This document shows positions 56,692-64,000 of a stretch of DNA of 64,000 bases, in pieces. The DNA comes from an uncultured Microthrixaceae bacterium (GTDB lineage Bacteria > Actinomycetota > Acidimicrobiia > Acidimicrobiales > VFJN01): positions 535,594-599,593 of the forward strand of contig CAVVRO010000008.1 of NCBI GenBank assembly GCA_963750645.1, given 5' to 3'. The notes under the pieces were generated by a model, which saw only the letters and a list, made by a program, of their open reading frames with translations, ran no database searches and was not told where the DNA came from. Numbering within the stretch: the first letter of the stretch is position 1; each line of letters begins with the position of its first letter. The translations under genes and the position numbers were made by a program.

Positions 56692-58263
56692 ATGGTCGAC
56701 CGAGGTCAGCACCCGACCCTGCAGCTGGAGGTCGACGGCCGACAGGTCGAGGTGGCGGACGACGGCGCATCGCTCCTCGACGTCCTGCGGACGACCCTCG
56801 GGCTGCGGTCCCCCAAGGACGGCTGCAGCCCGCAGGGCCAGTGCGGTTGCTGCACGGTGCTGGTCGACGGCCAACCCCGGGTCGCCTGCGTGACGCCCGC
56901 CCGGCGCGTGGCCGGCCGATCGATCACCACCGTCGACGGCCTCGTGCCCGAGGTGCGGAGTCGCTGGGGCGAGGCCTTCTGTGCGACCGGCGCCAGCCAG
57001 TGCGGCTTCTGCACCCCCGGCATCATCTGCCGTCTCGAGGGCCTGCGCGCCAAGGGCACCGCGCCGGCCGATCACGGTGCCGTCGAGCAGGCTCTCCTCG
57101 CCCACCTGTGCCGCTGCACTGGCTGGCGCACGATCCTCGCGGCATGGGACGCCGCCGTGGGGTCGGCGCCCGACGCGATGCGCCGCGACCTCGTCGCCGC
57201 GGCCACCCGGGCCGGGCTGGAAGGAGGCAGTCCGCAGGCCGTCGGCCCGCAGGTGGCTCTCGGCCACGGCGGCTTCGCGGACGACACGGCGCCCGCCGAC
57301 GCGCTCGTCGCCGTACCCGACGGTCGCGGTGGATGGGCCGTCGGCGACACGCTCGCCGAGGCGCGAGCGATCGCGGGAAAGGTCCAGGGGCGCCGCACCA
57401 CCGTCGAGGCCCGTCCTCCGCTCTCGCTACCTCCGGGCGACTGGAGCGCCGCTCTCCGGACCTCGTGGGTCGAGCCCGCGTACCTCGAGCCGGACGCCTC
57501 TTGGTGCGAGCCGGGCGGCGAGCCCTCCACACCGCTGGCCAACGGCGGGGCCTTCGGCGGCAAGGTCGGGAGCATCGTCACCGGCACCGCCCGCGCGCTC
57601 GCCGACCAGCACGGCCGCGCGGTCCGGGTGCTGCTCGACCGGGAGGACGTGGTGCGGTCAGGCCCGAAGCGGCCACCGGTGGCCGGTGGCGCCGACGAGC
57701 AGGGCCGCGGGGTGCTGCGGGTCGCACGCACGCCGGGGATCGTCGAGGTCATCGCATCCGTCGCCCGACACCTGGTCGTCGAGGAGGTCGATCTCGCCGG
57801 GCTCCCCACATCGATCGACCTCCGAGCGGCCGGTTGGGCCGAGGCGACGGTGCTGCTCGCCGGCGCCCAGGGGGCCGCAGGGCCCGTCACCGACCCGGTG
57901 AGCGGCGCGGTCGCCGAGGCCGCGATCGAAGCCGACGGCACGGTGCGGGTGCGGGTCGAGGCCGGCGAGCTCCTCGACGGCATCGTCCTCCGCTCCTACG
58001 CGACAGGAGCCGCCCACATGGCGCTCTCGTGGATCAGCTCCGAGGGCGTGGCGGTCGACGACGAGGGCACGGCGCACGACCTCACCATCCGCTCCTTCGG
58101 CGTGCTGCGCGCGATCGACACTCCGCCCATCGAGGTCGAGCTGGTCGCCAGCGACCGCCCGGCCCGTCGAGGCTCCGACGCCGTGTTCGTCGCCGTAGCG
58201 GCGGCCGCCTGGCTCCGCCTCGGCTGTCCCGTCGACTGGCCGACGGGCGCCCGCTGGCGCTGA
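56692..58263 (+). CDS. fused [2Fe-2S] ferredoxin-like domain + shortened xanthine-dehydrogenase/aldehyde-oxidase-family domain
   Basis: ATG 56692. Cluster motifs are GCSPQGQCGCCTV and QCGFCTPGII...HLCRCTGW. About 370 residues follow with XDH-family landmarks (GGFADD, GGAFGGK, IRSFGVLRAIDTPPIEVEL). This is far shorter than a usual Mo-binding subunit. Confidence 0.65.
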   Translation: MVDRGQHPTLQLEVDGRQVEVADDGASLLDVLRTTLGLRSPKDGCSPQGQCGCCTVLVDGQPRVACVTPARRVAGRSITTVDGLVPEVRSRWGEAFCATGASQCGFCTPGIICRLEGLRAKGTAPADHGAVEQALLAHLCRCTGWRTILAAWDAAVGSAPDAMRRDLVAAATRAGLEGGSPQAVGPQVALGHGGFADDTAPADALVAVPDGRGGWAVGDTLAEARAIAGKVQGRRTTVEARPPLSLPPGDWSAALRTSWVEPAYLEPDASWCEPGGEPSTPLANGGAFGGKVGSIVTGTARALADQHGRAVRVLLDREDVVRSGPKRPPVAGGADEQGRGVLRVARTPGIVEVIASVARHLVVEEVDLAGLPTSIDLRAAGWAEATVLLAGAQGAAGPVTDPVSGAVAEAAIEADGTVRVRVEAGELLDGIVLRSYATGAAHMALSWISSEGVAVDDEGTAHDLTIRSFGVLRAIDTPPIEVELVASDRPARRGSDAVFVAVAAAAWLRLGCPVDWPTGARWR

Positions 58264-58276
58264 CAGACTGGGCGTC

Positions 58277-58633
58277 ATGTCGAAGCCCGTCGGTCCCTAC
58301 ACCCCGATCCTGCGCGCCGGCGAGTGGCTGATGGTCTCCGGCCAGATCGGCATCAGCGACGGCAAGCTCGTGCCCGGCGGTCTCGACGGCGAGCTGCGCC
58401 AGGCCATCGCCAACCTGGAGGATCTCCTCGCCGGCGAGGGAGCCACGCTTGACGACGTCACCAAGACCACGGTCTTCCTCCGCCACCTCGGGAGCGACTA
58501 TCCCAAGATGAACGAGGTGTACATGGAGCTCTTCGGCGACCACCGTCCGGCCCGGTCGGCCATCGGGGTGGCGGACCTGCCGCTCGGCGCCCTGGTGGAG
58601 GTGGAAGCCTGGGCCCACGTCGGGGCAGGATGA
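58277..58633 (+). CDS. RidA/YjgF-family protein
   Basis: Segments GPYTPILRAGEWLMVSGQIG, VTKTTVFLRHL, RPARSAIGVADLPLGALVEVE are present. Confidence 0.85.
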   Translation: MSKPVGPYTPILRAGEWLMVSGQIGISDGKLVPGGLDGELRQAIANLEDLLAGEGATLDDVTKTTVFLRHLGSDYPKMNEVYMELFGDHRPARSAIGVADLPLGALVEVEAWAHVGAG

Positions 58634-58637
58634 CCCC

Positions 58638-58796
58638 ATGCCCGGCGCCCTCGTCATCGCGATCATCATCCTCGTGGTCATCCCCGTCTCGGTCATCCTG
58701 ACGGGCGCCCTCGTCGCCGCCCTCCTCGGCTGGTCCCTCAAGGAGAACGGCGAGGCAACCCACGAAGGCAGCGAGCTCATCGACCTCAACACCTGA
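58638..58796 (+). CDS. small (52-aa) membrane protein, not in the ORF track
   Basis: ATG 58638 lies 5 nt after the ridA stop, with agga upstream. The product is MPGALVIAIIILVVIPVSVILTGALVAALLGWSLKENGEATHEGSELIDLNT, with strong third-position G/C bias. Confidence 0.45.
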   Translation: MPGALVIAIIILVVIPVSVILTGALVAALLGWSLKENGEATHEGSELIDLNT

Positions 58797-58848
58797 CGTC
58801 ACCGGCGCAGGAGGGGGAGCCCGAGAGACCCAGGTGGGGAGCGAAGGA

Positions 58849-59529
58849 TCAGATCCCCCAGCGGGATTGGCCGAAGCGGTAGCCGACCGAGCGCACGGTC
58901 TGGATGAGGTTGGCGTGCTCCTCGCCGAGCTTCGCGCGCAGGCGACGGATGTGGACGTCGACGGTGCGCGCACCGCCGTAGTACTCGTAGCCCCAGACCC
59001 GCGACAGGAGGGTCTCGCGGGTGAAGACCTTGCCGGGGTGCGAGGCGAGGAACTTGAGGAGCTCGTACTCCATGTAGGTCAGGTCGAGCGGCTTGCCGGC
59101 GATCGCCGCCTGGTAGGTCTCGAGGTTGAGGAGCAGGTCGCCGTACTCGACGAGCTCTGGGCGTGTGCCCCGCCCGGTGCGCCAGAAGAGGTGCTTCAGA
59201 CGTGCCTCGAGCTCGCGCGGCTGGAACGGGTACAGGCAGAAGTCGTCGAAGAGGTCGTCCCGCAGCTCGAGGTCGGCGAGCTGCGCACCCGTCACGAGGA
59301 GCAGCAGCGGCTCCAGGGGCAGGTCACGCTTCCGAAGCGCCCGACACACGGCGAAGGCGCCCTCCGGATCGTCGGCCGCCACGATGATCGCTCCCGACCA
59401 CCCGTCGTCCGGCTCGGCCGACGCGACCGCGGTGTCGTCGGTGACCGCCTTCCACGGGTAGCCGCCGAGGTCGAGTGACTGGGCCAGCTCAGGCGGCACG
59501 GGATCGGGGTAGATGAGGAGGGGCTCCAT
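58849..59529 (-). CDS. OmpR/PhoB-type orphan response regulator with an atypical receiver, GlnR-like
   Basis: ATG 59529 gives MEPLLIYPDPVPPEL. The winged-helix C-terminus is LTYMEYELLKFLASHPGKVFTRETLLSRVWGYEYYGGARTVDVHIRRLRAKLG. It lies beside glutamine synthetase genes. Confidence 0.7.
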   Translation of the reverse strand: MEPLLIYPDPVPPELAQSLDLGGYPWKAVTDDTAVASAEPDDGWSGAIIVAADDPEGAFAVCRALRKRDLPLEPLLLLVTGAQLADLELRDDLFDDFCLYPFQPRELEARLKHLFWRTGRGTRPELVEYGDLLLNLETYQAAIAGKPLDLTYMEYELLKFLASHPGKVFTRETLLSRVWGYEYYGGARTVDVHIRRLRAKLGEEHANLIQTVRSVGYRFGQSRWGI

Positions 59530-59542
59530 CGCTGGCGCTCGC

Positions 59543-60877
59543 CTAGAGCCTCGGGAGGTACCGGTCGAGCTCGAACTGGGAGACCTGGGTCTTGTACTCC
59601 TGCCACTCCGCTCGCTTGTTGCGGATGAACCACTCGAAGACGTGCTCCCCGAGGGCCTCCGCGACGAGGTCGGAGCCCTCCATCTCGTCGAGGGCCTCCG
59701 CCAGTGATCCCGGCAGGATCGAGATCCCCTCGGCCAGGCGCTCCTCGTCGGTGAGCTGGTAGAGGTTCGCGAGCGTCTCGGGGGGGAGTTCGTAGCCCTC
59801 CTCGACACCCTTGAGACCGGCGGCCAGCACCACCGAGAAGGCGAGGTAGGGGTTGCAGGACGGGTCGGGCGCCCGGAACTCGATGCGAGCCGACTCCGCC
59901 TTGCCGGACTTGATGGGCGGCACGTTCACGACGACCGACCGGTTGTTCCGCGCCCAGCTCACGTAGACCGGAGCCTCGAAGCCCACCACGAGCCGCTTGT
60001 AGGAGTTCACCCACTGGTTGGTGACCGCGGCGATCTCCCGGGCGTGGGTGAGGACCCCGGCGATGAACCCGCGAGCGACCTTGGACAGGTTGCGCTCGTC
60101 GCCAGGGTCGTAGAAGGCGTTGGTGTCGCCCTCGAAGAGCGAGAAGTGCGTGTGCATCCCCGAGCCCTGGACGGCGGCGAGCGGCTTGGGCATGAACGTG
60201 GCGTGCACCCCCGCCTCGAAGGCGACCTCCCGCACCACGAGCCGGAAGGTCATCACGTTGTCGGCCATCGTGAGCGCATCCGTGTAGCGGAGGTCGATCT
60301 CGTGCTGGCTGGGTGCGTCCTCGTGGTGGCTGTACTCCACCGGGATCCCCATGGCCTCCAGCGTGTGGATGGTGCGCTGGCGGAGGTCGGACGCCACGTC
60401 GGCCGTGGTGAGGTCGAAGTAGGACGCCTGGTCGAGCGGTTGCGGAGCGGCGCTCGGGTCGGCGTCGGCGAAGTAGAAGAACTCCATCTCCGGCGCGGCG
60501 TAGAAGCTGAAGCCGCGCTCTCGCGCCTTGTCGAGGTTGCGGCGCAGGACCTGCCGGGGGTCGCCCTCGAACGGCGTGCCGTCGATGTTCGTGATGTCGC
60601 AGAACATGCGCGCCGACGTTCCGTAGGAGTCAGCCCACGGCAGGAGCTCGAAGCTGTTCGGGTCCGGGCGGGCCAGCACGTCGCTCTCCTGGACGCGACT
60701 GAAGCCGTCGATGGCGGAGCCGTCGAAGCGCATGCCCTCGTCGAAGGCGCCCTCCAGCTCGGCCGGGGAGATGGCGAAGGACTTGAGCTGGCCGAGCACG
60801 TCGGTGAACCAGAGCCGGATCAGCCGGACGCCCCGTTCCTCCACCGTGCGCAGCACGTAGTCGCGCTGACGTTCCAT
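59543..60877 (-). CDS. glnA2: glutamine synthetase type I, GlnA2-like
   Basis: ATG 60877 gives MERQRDYVLRTVEERGVRLIRLWFTDVLGQLKSFAISPAELEGAFDEG, which closely follows the remembered GlnA2 N-terminus. The product is 444 aa. Confidence 0.85.
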   Translation of the reverse strand: MERQRDYVLRTVEERGVRLIRLWFTDVLGQLKSFAISPAELEGAFDEGMRFDGSAIDGFSRVQESDVLARPDPNSFELLPWADSYGTSARMFCDITNIDGTPFEGDPRQVLRRNLDKARERGFSFYAAPEMEFFYFADADPSAAPQPLDQASYFDLTTADVASDLRQRTIHTLEAMGIPVEYSHHEDAPSQHEIDLRYTDALTMADNVMTFRLVVREVAFEAGVHATFMPKPLAAVQGSGMHTHFSLFEGDTNAFYDPGDERNLSKVARGFIAGVLTHAREIAAVTNQWVNSYKRLVVGFEAPVYVSWARNNRSVVVNVPPIKSGKAESARIEFRAPDPSCNPYLAFSVVLAAGLKGVEEGYELPPETLANLYQLTDEERLAEGISILPGSLAEALDEMEGSDLVAEALGEHVFEWFIRNKRAEWQEYKTQVSQFELDRYLPRL

Positions 60878-60931
60878 GGTGCGGCCATGATGGCAGGCCC
60901 TCCCAGGCGTCGGCACCTGGCTTGCGGCCGC

Positions 60932-60970
60932 GTTCACATAGCGTTCACACTCGGGAAAACGCCGAGAAAC
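60932..60970. promoter_or_regulatory. putative GlnR-type operator (two gTnAc-like and two GaAAc-like boxes) in the glnA2/glnII divergent region
   Basis: GTTCAC (60932-37) - 5 nt - GTTCAC (60943-48) - 6 nt - GAAAAC (60955-60) - 5 nt - GAAAC (60966-70). This compares with the remembered actinomycete GlnR consensus gTnAc-n6-GaAAc. Confidence 0.5.
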
Positions 60971-61039
60971 TGCGCGCTGCGAGCGTGAGCCGGCAACCCC
61001 CCCATCCGCTCACCCCTCCGTGGAGGAAAGGAACCCCTG

Positions 61040-62045
61040 ATGGCGTACAAGGCTGAGTACATCTGGGTCGACGGCACCTCGCCGACGGCCAAGCTGCGCT
61101 CGAAGACGAAGATCATGGAGCATGGCAAGACGGACCTCCCGATCTGGGGCTTCGACGGCTCGTCGACGAACCAGGCTCCCGGCGACAAGTCGGACTGCGT
61201 GCTCCAGCCGGTCTTCAGCTGCCCGGACCCGATCCGTGGGGGCGACAACGTGCTGGTGATGTGCGAGGTGCTGTACATCGACATGACGCCCCACGAGACG
61301 AACACCCGCCGCAAGTGTGCCGAGATCGCCGAGAAGTACGCCGACCAGGAGCCGATCTTCGGCATCGAGCAGGAGTACACCTTCTTCAAGGACGGACGGC
61401 CGTACGGCTTCCCGTTCGGCGGCTTCCCCGCGCCCCAGGGCGGCTACTACTGCGGCGTCGGCGCCGACGAGGTGTACGGCCGCGACGTCGTCGAGGCCCA
61501 CCTCGACGCCTGCCTCACGGCCGGCCTGCACATCTCCGGCATCAACGCCGAGGTCATGCCCGGGCAGTGGGAGTTCCAGGTCGGTCCGGTCGCCGCGCCC
61601 CAGGTGGCCGACGAGCTCTGGCTCGCCCGGTGGCTCCTCTACCGGATCGCGGAGGACTTCGAGGTGTCGGCCACCCTCGACCCGAAGCCCGTCAAGGGCG
61701 ACTGGAACGGCGCCGGCGCCCACACCAACTTCTCGACCAACGCGATGCGCGAGGGCTACGACGCCATCATCACGGCGTGCGAGGCACTCGCCCCGCGGCT
61801 TGCACGACCACGTCGCCGTCTACGGCGCCGGGATCGAGGAGCGCCTCACGGGCCTCCACGAGACGGCCCCGTGGACGGAGTACAGCTACGGCGTCTCCGA
61901 CCGCGGCGCCTCGGTTCGCATCCCGTGGCAGGTCGAGGTCGACAAGAAGGGCTACATCGAGGACCGCCGGCCCAACGCCAACTGCGACCCGTACCAGACC
62001 ACCCACATCCTCATCGAGACCATCTGCAGCGCCCTGGCGGAGTAG
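61040..62045 (+). pseudogene. glnII: glutamine synthetase type II with one frameshift near 61.79-61.80 kb (possibly a sequence error)
   Basis: MAYKAEYIWVDGT...GDWNGAGAHTNFST...ITACEALAPR is in one frame. LHDHVAVYGAGIEERLTGLHETAPW...RGASVRIPW...DRRPNANCDPY continues in the +1 frame to the stop at 62045. Confidence 0.85.
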
Positions 62046-62062
62046 ATCGTCGAGTCAGACGC

Positions 62063-62087
62063 ACGAGGGCGCCCTTGGGGCGCCCTC
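62063..62087. terminator. perfect 11-bp GC hairpin between convergent glnII and ybaK-like genes
   Basis: cgagggcgccc-ttg-gggcgccctcg, with no U tract on either side. Confidence 0.45.
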
Positions 62088-62093
62088 GGCGCG

Positions 62094-62585
62094 TCAGACC
62101 GGCTTGGCGAGGTCCGGGACGACCTCAGCGCCCAGCGCGCGGAGGATCGTGGGCGGCGCGAGGACCTTGGCGTTGCGGCTGCCGGCCCCGAGCACGATGC
62201 GCTCCCGCTCCATGACGGCGGCGTCCACCCACAGCGGGAGCTCGGGCGGGAGGGCGAGGGGGGTGACACCGCCGATGGCCATGCCGGTCGCTCGCACCAC
62301 ATCGTCGGCCGGCGCGAAGCTGGCCTTGCGCGTGCCGAGGCGCCGGCGCACGACCCCGTTCACGTCGAGCCGGGTGGTGGCCAGGACCACGCAGGCGGCG
62401 AAGCGGGGCGGATCGGCCTTGCCGATCACCACCACGCAGTTGGCCGAGTCCTCCATCGCGTACCCGTAGGCCTCGCAGAAGGCGGCGGTGTCGGCCAGTG
62501 CCGGGTCGCACGGCACGATCTCGTGGGCGATGCCCGTGCCCCCGGCGGCTCGGCGGACGGCCTCCTCGATCGCGGCGTCGTCCAC
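62094..62585 (-). CDS. YbaK/EbsC-family aminoacyl-tRNA editing domain protein
   Basis: Segments SANCVVVIGK, RLDVNGVVRRRLGTRKASFA, GMAIGGVTPL and RIVLGAGSRNAKV are present. Confidence 0.75.
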   Translation of the reverse strand: MDDAAIEEAVRRAAGGTGIAHEIVPCDPALADTAAFCEAYGYAMEDSANCVVVIGKADPPRFAACVVLATTRLDVNGVVRRRLGTRKASFAPADDVVRATGMAIGGVTPLALPPELPLWVDAAVMERERIVLGAGSRNAKVLAPPTILRALGAEVVPDLAKPV

Positions 62586-62612
62586 CCGGTGGAGCGTAGG
62601 GCGGCGGGTGCG

Positions 62613-63827
62613 TCAGCCCCCTGCGAGGGCAGCGGCCCGCGCGAGCCACCGAGCCGGATCGGGGGCGTGGTAGATCCGTTCGTCGGGCTCGATGCCGTCG
62701 AGAAACATCTGGTAGATCCACGCCTGGCGCAACGCGGCAACCGGGGCGAGGAGGCCGGCGGCACGGTCGGGTTCGCACCCGGGGACCTCCAAGCGCCACC
62801 GACGGGTCCACACGTCTCGTACGAGCTGCTGGTCCTGCGGCCCGAGCCGCTCCAGGAAGGCGGCCTCGTCGAGCATCGGGTGGCCGACCCCGGAGTCACC
62901 CCAGTCGAGGAGCACGAGGTGTCCAGGGCCTGCCGAGCGCAGGTTCCCCTGGTGGAAGTCGCCGTGCACGAGCGTGTCAGGGACGCCGCAGGCCTCGACC
63001 TCGGCCCAGCGGTCGGGCAGGCCGGTCACCAGGCGGTCGAGACCGGCCACGACATCTGGCGCCTGCCGGTCGCGCCATCGCTCGACGAGCGCGGCGAGGC
63101 CCGAGGTGAGGGCTTCGCGCCGCCAGTCCGGGAGCCCGAGAGCGAGCAGGTCGTCGACGCGGTCCACCCAGGCGGTCTGGAGGTCGACGAGCAGGTCGAC
63201 CATCGCGGGGAGCCGCGCACCACCGACGCCGTAGAGGTCGTCGCCGGGGACCTCAGCCAGCAGCGTGCGAGCGCCGTCCGTCGCCAGCACCTCGGGCACC
63301 CGGTCGGAGTCGAGGGCGGTGAGGAGCGCGCCCTCGTGGGCGAAGAACGACGGGACGACCTTCAGCCACGCCGTTCCGCGGGCCGTCGGGAGGCGCCAGA
63401 GGCTCGACAGGTTCCAGCTGCGCACCTGCGCGCCCGGTCCCGCGCGCGGCATGCCCGCCAGGTCCAGTGCCGCGTCGGCCCACGCCAGGTCGTCCGCCGG
63501 ACCGCCCGGTCGGGCCCACGACGCGCGCAGGGGATGGTCCGCGTCGCGTGGGCGATCCCACGGCCGCACCGGCGCGTCCACGTCGTCGGCCACCTCGGCC
63601 AGGTAGGTGACGGGACCGCCCGCCCCCAGGCGGTGCTCCTCCCCGACCATCAACCTCAGGATGACCGAGTCCACGCCGTGCACCTGGCGCGCCGCGTCCA
63701 CAACCGATCCCACCTCCTGCCACCACGGCACGTCCACCTCGAAGGGATCGAGCGCACCGAGCACCTCGCCGCCGCGACGGCAGAGCACGAGGGTCACCAC
63801 CCTGCTCGCGAGCGTCTCCGTCGCCAT
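62613..63827 (-). CDS. aminoglycoside-phosphotransferase (APH) family kinase-fold protein
   Basis: The catalytic region is LVHGDFHQGNL...LVLLDWGDSGVGHP. The product is 404 aa. Confidence 0.75.
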   Translation of the reverse strand: MATETLASRVVTLVLCRRGGEVLGALDPFEVDVPWWQEVGSVVDAARQVHGVDSVILRLMVGEEHRLGAGGPVTYLAEVADDVDAPVRPWDRPRDADHPLRASWARPGGPADDLAWADAALDLAGMPRAGPGAQVRSWNLSSLWRLPTARGTAWLKVVPSFFAHEGALLTALDSDRVPEVLATDGARTLLAEVPGDDLYGVGGARLPAMVDLLVDLQTAWVDRVDDLLALGLPDWRREALTSGLAALVERWRDRQAPDVVAGLDRLVTGLPDRWAEVEACGVPDTLVHGDFHQGNLRSAGPGHLVLLDWGDSGVGHPMLDEAAFLERLGPQDQQLVRDVWTRRWRLEVPGCEPDRAAGLLAPVAALRQAWIYQMFLDGIEPDERIYHAPDPARWLARAAALAGG

Positions 63828-63910
63828 GGCCGTCGTCTCCGTCCTGTGGCGGCTGAACGCGCCGACCGTACAAGGCCGCTCGGCCGGCCCTACGGCTACG
63901 GTCGCGCAAC

Positions 63911-64000
63911 ATGGAAGAGCGATCGCCGCATGAGGTGCTGGAGCTGGTCGAGGCGGAGGGGGTCGAGTTCGTCGACCTGCGCTTCTGCGACCTGCCGGGG
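63911..64000 (+). CDS. glnA: glutamine synthetase type I, N-terminal 30 codons (3' end lies outside the window)
   Basis: MEERSPHEVLELVEAEGVEFVDLRFCDLPG matches the GSI beta-grasp N-terminus (V.FVD.RF.D..G). Confidence 0.7.
   Translation, partial: MEERSPHEVLELVEAEGVEFVDLRFCDLPG

Noticed and set aside
54833-56893. A 686-codon ORF on the plus strand.
   Set aside because: It lies antisense to the coiled-coil and Tat-lipoprotein genes and reads into the XDH-like gene in the wrong frame. No motifs are present.
63828-63910. GlnR-type boxes upstream of the terminal glnA gene.
   Set aside because: Only isolated GAAC and GTAC fragments occur, without the repeated half-site spacing seen at 60932-60970.

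Overview
A very GC-rich 64-kb chromosomal segment with an Actinomycetota-type gene set: WhiB, a SARP/AfsR-type regulator, AccE, a GlnR-like orphan regulator, a deazaflavin-type nitroreductase and an ArsA pair with NfeD and WhiB. All calls come from reading the ORF translations and the DNA by eye, and family assignments rest on remembered motifs; no database search was run. About 70 coding regions and one tRNA-Pro(CGG) can be supported. Layout: 0-16 kb holds acyl-CoA metabolism (ACAD, acyl-CoA carboxylase beta and epsilon, family III CoA-transferase, MeaA-type B12 mutase, SDR, Hbd) plus an ABC-2 exporter and a D-aminoacylase. 17.5-19.9 kb holds ask-asd. 20-27 kb holds a TetR-controlled operon, an ATP-grasp/FemAB-like pair and a PAP2/membrane-kinase operon. 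27-36 kb is an accessory block (NTF2-like, P450, carotenoid-oxygenase-like, LAL/LuxR regulator, MFS, alpha/beta hydrolases). 36.3-39.6 kb is a small islet attached to tRNA-Pro. 39.6-46.3 kb holds CheY/STAS genes, a 905-aa secreted repeat protein and a SARP regulator. 46-58 kb is housekeeping (ArsA pair, NfeD, WhiB, FxsA, Nudix, MBL, Mrp, IscA, XDH-like, RidA). 58.8-64 kb is a nitrogen block (GlnR-like regulator and three glutamine synthetase genes). Main observations: (1) Two sharply bounded patches (about 17.6-19.7 kb in ask-asd and about 30.65-35.77 kb in LAL/MFS/hydrolase genes) carry dense 1-nt indels while the encoded peptide segments stay recognisable. Isolated frameshifts also occur in glnII and at the carotenoid-oxygenase start. 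This is either a local consensus error or very recent gene decay. (2) A 3.1-kb more AT-rich islet is bounded by a direct repeat of the tRNA-Pro 3' half. It carries a MerR-PurC (SAICAR-synthetase-like) fusion ORF behind a textbook 19-bp-spacer MerR promoter. (3) A family of about 130-150-nt GC-hairpin repeats sits directly after stop codons at three loci. (4) Readable operators are present (TetR palindromes, GlnR-type boxes). (5) A putative envelope-modification operon and several relics are present (a ClpP fragment, a chimeric hydrolase). No CRISPR array, integrase, transposase or rRNA was seen.
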